NCBI GenBank assembly: GCA_029858565.1
Contig: JAOUEV010000050.1
Coordinates: forward strand, 1-25,341
Direction of reading: 5' to 3'
DNA from: Nitrospirota bacterium
GTDB taxonomy: Bacteria > Nitrospirota > UBA9217
DNA: 25,341 bases
The position numbers and the translations under genes are program-made. Shown piece after piece: positions 1 to 8,165 of this stretch. The notes beneath the pieces are model-generated. The model saw only the letters and a program-made list of their open reading frames with translations, was not told where the DNA came from and searched no databases. The first letter of the stretch is position 1. Each line of letters starts with the position of its first letter.

Positions 1-20
1 CCTTTGGGCGTCAAGCCCAT

Positions 21-49
21 TCTTAGTTGAAATTCAGTAGCGGCTCCTA
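21..49. repeat. IS terminal inverted repeat (downstream of transposase)
   Basis: Reverse complement matches 1405-1434 in an 11-bp and a 14-bp exact block. Confidence 0.85.
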
Positions 50-59
50 TGCTGCTGAT

Positions 60-1352
60 TCAGGCAGCCACTGCCTCCTCTCGACCTTCCTTCGACATTC
101 GCCTCTTCAGTTCTCTCTGCAATGCATGTCTGAGTTCCTGGAGATGACGATAACCGTTCACCCGGTTCAGCCGTATCTCAACGTCGAGTAATGCCGTCGC
201 CACCCACCGCTGTTTCTGATTGCTGTTCTTCCAGTAATCAACTTTGTCCGTCCGCTGCCCGACCAACGCGTTGATGGACTCGATCATGTTGGTGGTCGTG
301 AAGCTCCGGCGAAGTTCCTGATGAACATTCAGGCGATGAACGGCAAGCGTCTCTTCAAAACCTTCCTCCAGGCTGTGCACCGCAGATTCATTGAGCAGTT
401 TCAGCTCTTTTTTGATCGCCTGAAACGCTGCCTTCGCGTCGCCGTAGTCCTCTTGCCGATACGCCTTCTGGAGCTTTTTCTTGAAGGTGTCCTGAAGCTC
501 TTTCGGAAGATACTCCAGGATGTTCTCCCGTTTGTGCCACTGGCACCGCTGCACTACGCCGTGATTGCCGAAGACGTCATCTATGGCTTTTCTGAATCCC
601 TTGGCGCCGTCGATAACGCACAAGAGCCCTTGATCGTACTTGAGTCCGCGGTTGACCAAGCTCTTGAGGAAGTCTTTGCAAACGGAGGCGTTCTCAGATG
701 CTGCCTGGGTAATGCCCAAAATGACCTTTTCGCCCTTGATCGTTACTCCAAGGGAGATGATGATCTCATCCTCGCCGAAGGCTTTTCCATCCATCACCAA
801 AGCTACGATATCGTACTCGTCGAGCTTTCGCTCTCGGAGTTCTCTGAGCTTCTTCTCGCTTGCCGCAATATACCGCCGGGAGATCGTGGATGGGCTCAAG
901 GACAGAGCTTCCGGGATCGCCTCGGAGCATGCCCGGTAGTCGCCGCAGCTTAATCCATACAGCACCCGCTTAAGCAGCTTCTCATTGGCGCCGTTCGTGG
1001 GCTTCTGAAACAGCTCATAGGACGCGAGAGGAACCTCCTTGTTCGTCCTCCCATTCCTCACCCGCTGATACATGATCGGAATCCGCTGGTCTTGAATAAA
1101 CACCGAACCCTGCTGCCTGCCCCATCGATCATAGCCGGCGATGCCGTTTCGTTTATACTTCTCCCCGGCCAGCCTGACCACTTCCTCTTCAATGATTTCT
1201 GCTATGTGCATGAGGCCCAGCGGTATCAGTTCCTGAATGAGCGCGGCCTTGGCGTCTATCGCCAGCGCTCCATACTCCTGAAGCTTCCGCACCTCTACTG
1301 CCTTTGCTCTTTTGACCTTGCCTTTTTTACCGAACTTTACTATCGTATCCAT
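60..1352 (-). CDS. IS256 (Mutator) family DDE transposase
   Basis: 430 aa with motifs LVMDG, CVIDGAKGF, VQRCQWHK and TTNMIESIN typical of IS256 transposases; AAGGAG RBS upstream of the ATG. Confidence 0.95.
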   Translation of the reverse strand: MDTIVKFGKKGKVKRAKAVEVRKLQEYGALAIDAKAALIQELIPLGLMHIAEIIEEEVVRLAGEKYKRNGIAGYDRWGRQQGSVFIQDQRIPIMYQRVRNGRTNKEVPLASYELFQKPTNGANEKLLKRVLYGLSCGDYRACSEAIPEALSLSPSTISRRYIAASEKKLRELRERKLDEYDIVALVMDGKAFGEDEIIISLGVTIKGEKVILGITQAASENASVCKDFLKSLVNRGLKYDQGLLCVIDGAKGFRKAIDDVFGNHGVVQRCQWHKRENILEYLPKELQDTFKKKLQKAYRQEDYGDAKAAFQAIKKELKLLNESAVHSLEEGFEETLAVHRLNVHQELRRSFTTTNMIESINALVGQRTDKVDYWKNSNQKQRWVATALLDVEIRLNRVNGYRHLQELRHALQRELKRRMSKEGREEAVAA

Positions 1353-1356
1353 TGAA

Positions 1357-1413
1357 CGGCTCCTTTCTTGGTATTGTTTTGTCGGGAAACAAACCTTACC
1401 ATTTTAGGAGCCG
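1357..1413 (-). promoter_or_regulatory. Long imperfect hairpin covering the transposase RBS
   Basis: Nested pairs cggctcct/aggagccg, tggta/tacca and ttgttt/aaacaa; the outer stem includes the SD sequence. Confidence 0.6.
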
Positions 1414-1434
1414 CTTCTTAAATTTCAACTAAGA
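1405..1434. repeat. IS terminal inverted repeat (upstream of transposase)
   Basis: Partner of 21-49. Confidence 0.85.
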
Positions 1435-1509
1435 CTAACATTTTTCCGCATGGGTCTATAGATCGCAGGAAAACTATGCCTCGTCAAACTACTTCTTCAG
1501 GGGAATAGC

Positions 1510-2235
1510 ATGTCAAACACCAGGCATCCTGAAATCGGCAAATCAAAAGAAATAATGAAGGAAGTTGAGATGTTGGAAAAACACCTCAACTTTATTTATC
1601 CACCTATGTGTTGGCGATTCTCATCAACGGAACCGAACCATGCTTTATTCCCCAAGCCGAGCGCCTGGCACTGTCTCTTTCAATTTATTAAAGACGTATC
1701 TGACGGCAATCAGCTTTGCCTTTCACGAGAAGCCAGCGGTTGTAGCGGGGCAGCTACTTATCTTGGCTTCAAAAAACCCGGACCTAATGCCGGAACATTT
1801 CTCTTCAAAAAGGAAAGATTTAAAAAGGATATGCAGCTTGCGAATAGATTTTACCAGGACATTAATGCAACGCCCGCGGCGTCAAAGTATGCTGTTTTGT
1901 CTCGCGTTGATAATTTAACTGACAATGATTTTCCCGAAGTTATCGTTCTTTGGGTCAATGCTTCGACACTGACCTCTCTCGTAACTTTGGCGAATTTCGA
2001 TCGGACAACCAACAACAATGTAATCATTCCGTTTGCCTCTGGTTGTCAGAGTATTTGGACAATACCATATAATGAAAAACATCAAGATAAACCGAAAGCC
2101 GTCGTGGGGCTCATGGATCCATCGATAAGAAAACTACTCCCTCACGATCTCGTTTCCTTCTCAGTAATTACGAGTCGTTTTATTGAGATGGCAAACAATG
2201 TTCCCGACAGTTTTATCATTAACCATTCTTCATAA
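1510..2235 (+). CDS. DUF169 domain-containing protein
   Basis: 241 aa with conserved-looking Cys motifs (WHCLF, SGCSGAATYLGF, PFASGCQSI) and AVVGLMDPSIRK, as remembered for DUF169 proteins. Confidence 0.75.
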   Translation: MSNTRHPEIGKSKEIMKEVEMLEKHLNFIYPPMCWRFSSTEPNHALFPKPSAWHCLFQFIKDVSDGNQLCLSREASGCSGAATYLGFKKPGPNAGTFLFKKERFKKDMQLANRFYQDINATPAASKYAVLSRVDNLTDNDFPEVIVLWVNASTLTSLVTLANFDRTTNNNVIIPFASGCQSIWTIPYNEKHQDKPKAVVGLMDPSIRKLLPHDLVSFSVITSRFIEMANNVPDSFIINHSS

Positions 2236-2240
2236 ACAAC

Positions 2241-3446
2241 CTATACATTCGGCGCAACCTGCCTGACATCTCTTTTCTCCCTAAACGTTCTAAGGGGGAA
2301 TATAAGAATTGGAAATACGAATAACAATGAGTAGAGAGACATAAACGAGAAACCCACTCCATGTCCCATTATGTCAATCGCCACACCCGTCACAGAAGGA
2401 CCAAATGCATTTCCTATATTTAGACATGTTGATAATATTCCGAAACCCAACCCCAAACGTTCTGCCGGCATGCTATCAGGCACGAGCGTAAAAATTGCTG
2501 CCGGCACCACACCTGCAGCACAGGTCAGGATTCCTATGCTCAATTCAATAGTCTGGAAATCGTTAAAATAGAAAAAAACAACTGACATTACGACCCCTCC
2601 GATAATTACGAAGGGCGATTTAAACTTAAGTCTATCAATCGCGATCCCAACGATAGGTGGTAAAAAGACAGAGCCTATCATGATAGAACTCGCCATGAAA
2701 TCAGCGGCGTGCTCACTCTTATTCAGGGAAAGAAAGTATCCTTTACTGAAGGCGATAAAGGAGATGCATGCCGCATTGAATAGCAGCCATGACAAGCCCA
2801 GCAGCCATATTTTGCATCCGAATTTTGATCGTTCTTCATTTTGACGCCTTTCTTGAACCAAGCCTGCATTCTCCGAGTTGATCACTACAATAAAGAAAAT
2901 GAAGATTGCTATTGTCAGTACGTTACACAACCAAAGACTGCCTCTCCATCCCGCTGCATGACCGACATATCCCATAATATTCAGAGACAATATGGTCCCT
3001 ATCGGCACGCTTGTGTTCAAAACACCTAGTGCTCTTCCGATTGTTTCAGCGCGGAAATTATTCGCCAGTATCTGTGGCGCCAGCACGGCAAGCGCCATTG
3101 AACCGACACCGGAGATTATTCGACCCACGACCATCATAGGAAAACCGCCACTTACCGCGGTTATTGTATTGCCCATCAGCATTAGTATCGCGCAAGCCGA
3201 TCCTGTCTTCACAGGACCGAGCTTGTCCATTAAAATGCCGCCTGGAATTGAGATGAAGATACCAGGAAGGGCAAAAGCTCCCATGAGGAGGCCTAGTTCA
3301 GAACTGCCTACACTGATTTCCGCTCTTATCAGCTCAAAAATCGGGGGAATGGACTGAAAGAGCAGAACAAAGTCAAGATTGGTTAGATATACCGCTGCAA
3401 GGATAAGCCAACCATTCGTTTTCACCGTTTCAGCAGCTGTAGCCAT
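2241..3446 (-). CDS. MFS transporter (putative exporter)
   Basis: ~400 aa with about 12 hydrophobic segments and MFS motif A-like GILMDKLG / GIAIDRLK. ATG at 3446 has GGTGGA upstream; alternative GTG at 3455. Confidence 0.92.
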   Translation of the reverse strand: MATAAETVKTNGWLILAAVYLTNLDFVLLFQSIPPIFELIRAEISVGSSELGLLMGAFALPGIFISIPGGILMDKLGPVKTGSACAILMLMGNTITAVSGGFPMMVVGRIISGVGSMALAVLAPQILANNFRAETIGRALGVLNTSVPIGTILSLNIMGYVGHAAGWRGSLWLCNVLTIAIFIFFIVVINSENAGLVQERRQNEERSKFGCKIWLLGLSWLLFNAACISFIAFSKGYFLSLNKSEHAADFMASSIMIGSVFLPPIVGIAIDRLKFKSPFVIIGGVVMSVVFFYFNDFQTIELSIGILTCAAGVVPAAIFTLVPDSMPAERLGLGFGILSTCLNIGNAFGPSVTGVAIDIMGHGVGFSFMSLYSLLFVFPILIFPLRTFREKRDVRQVAPNV

Positions 3447-3455
3447 ATGATCCAC

Positions 3456-3782
3456 CTATAGCTTTGAAATCCTTTCTCTTTTCACGCCTTTTTTAGCTAT
3501 CGACTTCATTTCTGCCTGGACCATCGTTTTCTCATACATCAAAGGGTAGATAGTCCTTGTGGTAAATCGGTAGAAAGGCGACTTGATCAGTATCTCACCC
3601 AGTTGGTCGTTTGAATTCACATCAACGATAAAAGCTCCTCCTGCGATACCTGCGAAATGGTAGTGAGCTATCAGTATGCCAATTTTTTTAAGGCTGTTGA
3701 AATAGGCTATGCCATCCCTGGACTTTATCAGTGCTTCTTTCGGGATGACACCCTGGGCCTGTTCTATGACGAGGTAGCGCAT
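3456..3782 (-). CDS. Muconolactone delta-isomerase-like / DUF3303-like small alpha+beta barrel protein
   Basis: Start re-assigned to the ATG at 3782 (GGAGG upstream). Pattern MRYLVI...YHFAGIAGGAFIVDVNSNDQLGEILIKSPFY...IYPL. Confidence 0.6.
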   Translation of the reverse strand: MRYLVIEQAQGVIPKEALIKSRDGIAYFNSLKKIGILIAHYHFAGIAGGAFIVDVNSNDQLGEILIKSPFYRFTTRTIYPLMYEKTMVQAEMKSIAKKGVKRERISKL

Positions 3783-4909
3783 TGTTTGTTGCCTCCGTAC
3801 AGATCGATGGCTTTCGAGATACACACTTCGTAACAGCAGCAGCATTCAATGCATTTCTTCGGGTCGACGTAGAGCTGTTTATTGTCATCCAGTTGCAGAG
3901 CCTTGGCGGGACAGCTTTTATAACATTTTAAGCACCGTTTACATTTATCCTGAATGATTGAGGGATATACTCTTGTGGGGGCATAGATCATCCGGGTGAA
4001 ACGTTCCAGGTTCTTGATGACTACCTTCTTCGGAAACAGAATATCGTTCAGGGAGTCCTGCTGGAGAGAGATCCCCTTGAGCTGCACTTTATCGATGTCG
4101 ACTTCGCCCCAGTTGTTTTCGCCGGCCGCTTTCAGTACGGGAATGTCCCGCCATTCGAGCCCCATCAGCCGGGCAATGACTGTGTCAATGGATATGGGAT
4201 CATCGCCCGCGATAATCCATCCGAATTTCCTGATTTTTCCCGCAGTGCTGGGCCCGTCGCCTTCCAGACCGTAGACCGCATCCATGATGGATGTGCAGGG
4301 CTTTATAATATGGGAAAGGCTGGCTATTATCTTGCCGAAGTCTTCTGGAAAAGGCGCTCGACAGTGAATTTCTCCCTTCCACTTACCGGGTACGAAACCG
4401 AACAGATTCTTGGCGGCGCCCGACATGATCATGTAGGTGTGCGTTTTCCATTTGGGCAGGTTGATTACCGCGTCACATTCAAAAACATACTCTGTAATGA
4501 GATGCTCATCCAACTTGTCCAGATAGGGAGTCGGAATCTTTCGTATCTCATGCCTTTCGAAAACAACCTTCTCCGCACCCTCCTCTTTCACAACCTGTTC
4601 TATTTCACTGACTTTCCAGACATTGTCGATGTCCCATTTCCCGATAAGTCCGGCCGGGCTGTCTCCCACGAGCGGTCGGCTTCCGTAGTCCTTGACGATC
4701 CGAATAACAGCGCGAACTACCTCGGGATGGGTGCAGACATGCTCGTGTGGAGGGTGTGCTGCCATCATGTTCGGTTTGATGATAACCGAGCCGCCCTTCT
4801 TCCCTAGGATCCGTTCGAGGGGGCCGGTCGCCTCCAGTGCGGAACTCACGGCGTCGTAAAGACGCCCACGGTCGTAATCCTTACATCGTTCGAAGCTCAC
4901 CGTCGACAT
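3764..4909 (-). CDS. DUF362 protein with C-terminal 2x[4Fe-4S] ferredoxin domain
   Basis: VIIKPN, THPEVV, VGDSP, INLPKWKTH, GAAKNLFG, MDAVYGLEGDGP motifs; C-terminal CKRCLKCYKSCP and CIECCCCYEVC. Confidence 0.9.
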   Translation of the reverse strand: MSTVSFERCKDYDRGRLYDAVSSALEATGPLERILGKKGGSVIIKPNMMAAHPPHEHVCTHPEVVRAVIRIVKDYGSRPLVGDSPAGLIGKWDIDNVWKVSEIEQVVKEEGAEKVVFERHEIRKIPTPYLDKLDEHLITEYVFECDAVINLPKWKTHTYMIMSGAAKNLFGFVPGKWKGEIHCRAPFPEDFGKIIASLSHIIKPCTSIMDAVYGLEGDGPSTAGKIRKFGWIIAGDDPISIDTVIARLMGLEWRDIPVLKAAGENNWGEVDIDKVQLKGISLQQDSLNDILFPKKVVIKNLERFTRMIYAPTRVYPSIIQDKCKRCLKCYKSCPAKALQLDDNKQLYVDPKKCIECCCCYEVCISKAIDLYGGNKQCATSS

Positions 4910-6293
4910 TGAGAATCCCTTCTAGATAGGATAGATACTGATCGATCCGCTCATTGCGTCTTTCGCGGACAGATGCTCCGCTGCCGTCGTGTTTCCTGGT
5001 CGCGTCCAGAACCATTTTAGTTACTGTTCTCTTCCCGTCGTTCAGTGCCGCCGTGTTGTCGATATTTACCGCAGGCATATTATTTATGATGTGGAGATCT
5101 TTTTCAGAGGAGAACCTGGTCGACAGTGCCCAGTACAATTCTTCCTGCCTGGAAACGTCAACATCGTCATCGGTTATGACGATGAATTTCAGGGACAATA
5201 CGGCAACAGCAAACCTCGTGACCTTTCTGACGTCGCCTTCGCTGTTCTTTCTGATGGCGATGATCGCGTGATAGCCGCCGCTTCCCGGGGGAATGTGAAT
5301 CTTCCTCACATCCACTCCGCTTTTCGATAAGGCCCGAGTGAGAGCGGCCTCGATCAGGAAATCCTGTATGACAGTCGTCTCGCTCGGTGGTATGCCGGCG
5401 TACGTGGCAGGCATGACCGGGTCTCTTCTCATTGTAATCGCCTGCACCTCCATGAGAGGAGCTGTGTCCTGAGCGCAATAATAGCCGTTCACCTCTCCGA
5501 AGGGCCCTTCGGGCACGAGCATATTCGGCCGAATTAAGCCTTCCATGACAATTTCAGAGTGCGCGGGGATTTCTATATGCTTGCAGATATCGCCGTAAAC
5601 GGCCTGTAACGGGCCTCCTTTCAGTGCCCCCGCAAGCTCGAATTCGTCCTGGTCGGGTCCAAGGCTTTCTATCGCAGCCAGCGTGTATAGAGGATCTCCT
5701 CCGAAAGTTATCACGACCTGCGCCGGCTCGTTTTTATCCCATGCCTTCCAGATCGCCCTGCCGAGACCTCTTTCCCGGCCCGTATTGATGGCGATGTGAT
5801 TTCTGTCTTTGACCTGAAGACGATTGACCGATATATTTCCCTTGCCGTTTTCAGGGTTCTTGATTCTTACGACGCCGAGCGTAAAATACACGCCACCGTC
5901 CCCGTCATTCCAGACCGTCTGAGGGTAGACCGAAAGATCAACATCTCTGCCAAAAGCTTTTTCCTCTTTGCAAGCTCCGTCGTCCTGGATTACCGGACTG
6001 CAATAGCGAGATCTGCTGCATTTATCGAGATAGTCCAATATGAGAGATTCCTCGCGCGCGCCGATCAAAAGGGCCAGTCTTCTCCGGGTTGCCATCGTGT
6101 TTACTGCGACGGGAATGGGCGAGCGTGCCACCTTCTGATAAAGCAGAGCCGGGTAGCCCCGGCGGAGAGCGGTGCGGGAGATCGCGCCTAGTTCCCTGTC
6201 CGGGTCGACGGATTTATCCGTGGCGATCAGTTCACCGCTTTCGCGTAGCAGGGACAGCCATGCTTGGAAATCATTCACATTACGGGTATCCAC
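4881..6293 (-). CDS. UbiD-family (prFMN-dependent) (de)carboxylase
   Basis: NISVNRLQV, HSEIVMEG, EGPFGEVNGYY, PPSE, DDDVDV, WALSTR and KMVLDAT motifs. Likely GTG start at 6293 (GGAG upstream); the ORF is open to 6347. Confidence 0.93.
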   Translation of the reverse strand: MDTRNVNDFQAWLSLLRESGELIATDKSVDPDRELGAISRTALRRGYPALLYQKVARSPIPVAVNTMATRRRLALLIGAREESLILDYLDKCSRSRYCSPVIQDDGACKEEKAFGRDVDLSVYPQTVWNDGDGGVYFTLGVVRIKNPENGKGNISVNRLQVKDRNHIAINTGRERGLGRAIWKAWDKNEPAQVVITFGGDPLYTLAAIESLGPDQDEFELAGALKGGPLQAVYGDICKHIEIPAHSEIVMEGLIRPNMLVPEGPFGEVNGYYCAQDTAPLMEVQAITMRRDPVMPATYAGIPPSETTVIQDFLIEAALTRALSKSGVDVRKIHIPPGSGGYHAIIAIRKNSEGDVRKVTRFAVAVLSLKFIVITDDDVDVSRQEELYWALSTRFSSEKDLHIINNMPAVNIDNTAALNDGKRTVTKMVLDATRKHDGSGASVRERRNERIDQYLSYLEGILNVDGELRTM

Positions 6294-6294
6294 G

Positions 6295-6966
6295 TCATGC
6301 TCCACAGTACTCGGCCATTCGGACCCCGAGTTGGTATGCTGTCTCAAGATACATTGCGTTGGTTCCCAACATGTGGGTAGCTGCTTCCTGAGGGAGCTTC
6401 ATTTTTTCAGCCAGTTTTGACAGCGCAGCCGGATCCATGCCGACTTGGCCTTTAGCCTTAAGACCGCAGCCATTCAGAACGCCGACCATGCCTCCATTGC
6501 CGGCTGTTAACTTGTTAATGAATTCGCTGTAAATATCGATGGCTGGTTTTGCCTCGGCCTCATGAGGGGCGGAATTCGTCGTTATGACGATGAAATGCTT
6601 TTTACTCTTCAGTCTGCTCATGAATATCGGCCCTTTATTGGTAATGGTAACCTTCATGAAAGGCCGGAATCTGTCCATCAGGCACTTCATGGGCCCGGTC
6701 ATCAGCCGGCTGTAGATGGCCGTGCTGAAAATAATGCCGTCTGCGCCCTGTACTTTCTCTTCCAGAAAAGACCAGTCCGTGAGAACGCATTTCCCTGTTT
6801 CGTCGCAGCCAAAGCAGCCGGTACAGGGCATTAGTTTCGTGTCGTACACGTAGATCTTTTCACCCTGCATACCCTTGCTTTCAGCCCCGGCAATAACCCG
6901 GTCGCTCAAGAGATCTGAGTTGCCGCCTTTCCGCGGGCTACCCGCAAAACATACATAGCGTGGCAT
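6295..6966 (-). CDS. Iron-sulfur flavoprotein / NADPH-dependent FMN reductase (flavodoxin-fold)
   Basis: GSPRKGGNS phosphate loop, CTGCFGCDETGKC Fe-S motif, MKCLMDR; ATG at 6966 with AAGGAG RBS. Confidence 0.88.
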   Translation of the reverse strand: MPRYVCFAGSPRKGGNSDLLSDRVIAGAESKGMQGEKIYVYDTKLMPCTGCFGCDETGKCVLTDWSFLEEKVQGADGIIFSTAIYSRLMTGPMKCLMDRFRPFMKVTITNKGPIFMSRLKSKKHFIVITTNSAPHEAEAKPAIDIYSEFINKLTAGNGGMVGVLNGCGLKAKGQVGMDPAALSKLAEKMKLPQEAATHMLGTNAMYLETAYQLGVRMAEYCGA

Positions 6967-6977
6967 AGCTGCTCCTT

Positions 6978-7808
6978 TCAAATGACTGTAGTCAGTATCT
7001 GAAACGATTTCTTGGCCATCTCCACGGCACAGTGACTGTTCCGGCTTAATTCAACATTCACCAAACCGGTATACCCTATTACTTCCAGGCATGTCAGTAT
7101 CGAATGAAAATCGATTTCACCGTCACCGAATGGAAGATGTTCGTGGATTCCTCCCCTTATATCCTCGATATGAACATTTTTAATGAATTCTCGGTACTTG
7201 ACTATTTGATCGACTGCGGGCACGGTCTCGGAACAGTATAGATGACCGATATCCAGCGTAAGAAACAGCTTGGCCTGCCTGGGAAGCCTGGACCGCAGCT
7301 CATCGAAGGCGCGGAGGGTATCTATGAACATGCCCGGTTCAGGCTCGATCGATGCGACAATGTTTTTTGAGTCGGCATAATCAAGTATTTCCACAACTGC
7401 ATCACGAAGATACGTCCAACAAGCCGTTTCCGAGGTACTGTCCGTGCGTCTTCCCGATGCAAACACGACTCCCTCGGCTCCCAGGTGCGCCGCAATATCA
7501 ATTGCCTTTTTTGTAAAAAGAACGCGTTTCTTCCTGTTATCTACGCTCACGAGGCCTGGTTCATGCTTGTTCCAGGGGTCCAGAATAAAGCGGGCCCCGG
7601 TTTCCACAACGACCCGCAAATTAAGTGCGGCAAGCCTGCTTTTTATCAAATCCAGCTCTCTCGGCCCGGCCAAGTGAGGATTGCAGTGATTATAGTCAAG
7701 CGTCAGTGCGACACCCTGGTATCCGACGCGGGAAACGATCTCGAAAACATCAAGGAGGTCGTGATGTGCGAATCCGTTCGTATTGTAGCCGAAAGCCAGT
7801 TTATTCAC
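6978..7808 (-). CDS. Sugar-phosphate isomerase/epimerase, xylose-isomerase-like TIM barrel (copy 2)
   Basis: FGYNTNGF, VETGARF, IEPEPGM, LDIGH, VHIEDI, HEHLPFGDGEIDF and VELS metal-binding motifs. Confidence 0.9.
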   Translation of the reverse strand: MNKLAFGYNTNGFAHHDLLDVFEIVSRVGYQGVALTLDYNHCNPHLAGPRELDLIKSRLAALNLRVVVETGARFILDPWNKHEPGLVSVDNRKKRVLFTKKAIDIAAHLGAEGVVFASGRRTDSTSETACWTYLRDAVVEILDYADSKNIVASIEPEPGMFIDTLRAFDELRSRLPRQAKLFLTLDIGHLYCSETVPAVDQIVKYREFIKNVHIEDIRGGIHEHLPFGDGEIDFHSILTCLEVIGYTGLVNVELSRNSHCAVEMAKKSFQILTTVI

Positions 7809-8154
7809 CCTTCGCTCCAGCCGGTATTTTCCTTATGTCATTCAGTTTTTCGTCAAAACCAAAATAGGCTCCCAGACCGGCCGACAGTCCGTTTAGCCCT
7901 CCCATGATAAAGGATATCCTTATCGTCTCCTTAATCTCGTCTTCGGTTGCGCCCGCCCTGCGAGCCATGTCGGAGATCTTTGCACAGCCGATCTTCGAAC
8001 CGTATGCCGCGTCCATTAAAAGGACCATAAGCAATTTGATTTTCACGGGAAGAGCTCCTTCCCTGTAGGCGAATTCTCGTATGTCTATAATTCTTTCATA
8101 AAATTCCCTGTCGTTGTTCTTTATATCGTTCAGAAACTTGGGAATCTCGACCAT
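7801..8154 (-). CDS. Carboxymuconolactone decarboxylase (CMD/AhpD-like) family protein
   Basis: GALPVKIKLLM...ARRAGATEDEIKET...GG pattern; no CxxC; GGAGG RBS. Confidence 0.88.
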   Translation of the reverse strand: MVEIPKFLNDIKNNDREFYERIIDIREFAYREGALPVKIKLLMVLLMDAAYGSKIGCAKISDMARRAGATEDEIKETIRISFIMGGLNGLSAGLGAYFGFDEKLNDIRKIPAGAKGE

Positions 8155-8165
8155 GCATGCCTCCT

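Larger units (their letters stand above)
6..1449 (-). mobile_element. IS256-family insertion sequence
   Basis: Transposase ORF bracketed by imperfect inverted repeats: 21-49 (tcttagttgaaattcagtagcggctccta) and 1405-1434 (taggagccgcttcttaaatttcaactaaga). Outer limits 6 and ~1449 are inferred; no target-site duplication is visible. Confidence 0.8.

Noticed and set aside
6295-6966. Flavoprotein next to UbiD as UbiX
   Set aside because: It has the flavodoxin-like GSPR..GNS loop and an Fe-S Cys motif, not the UbiX ITGASG-type signature.
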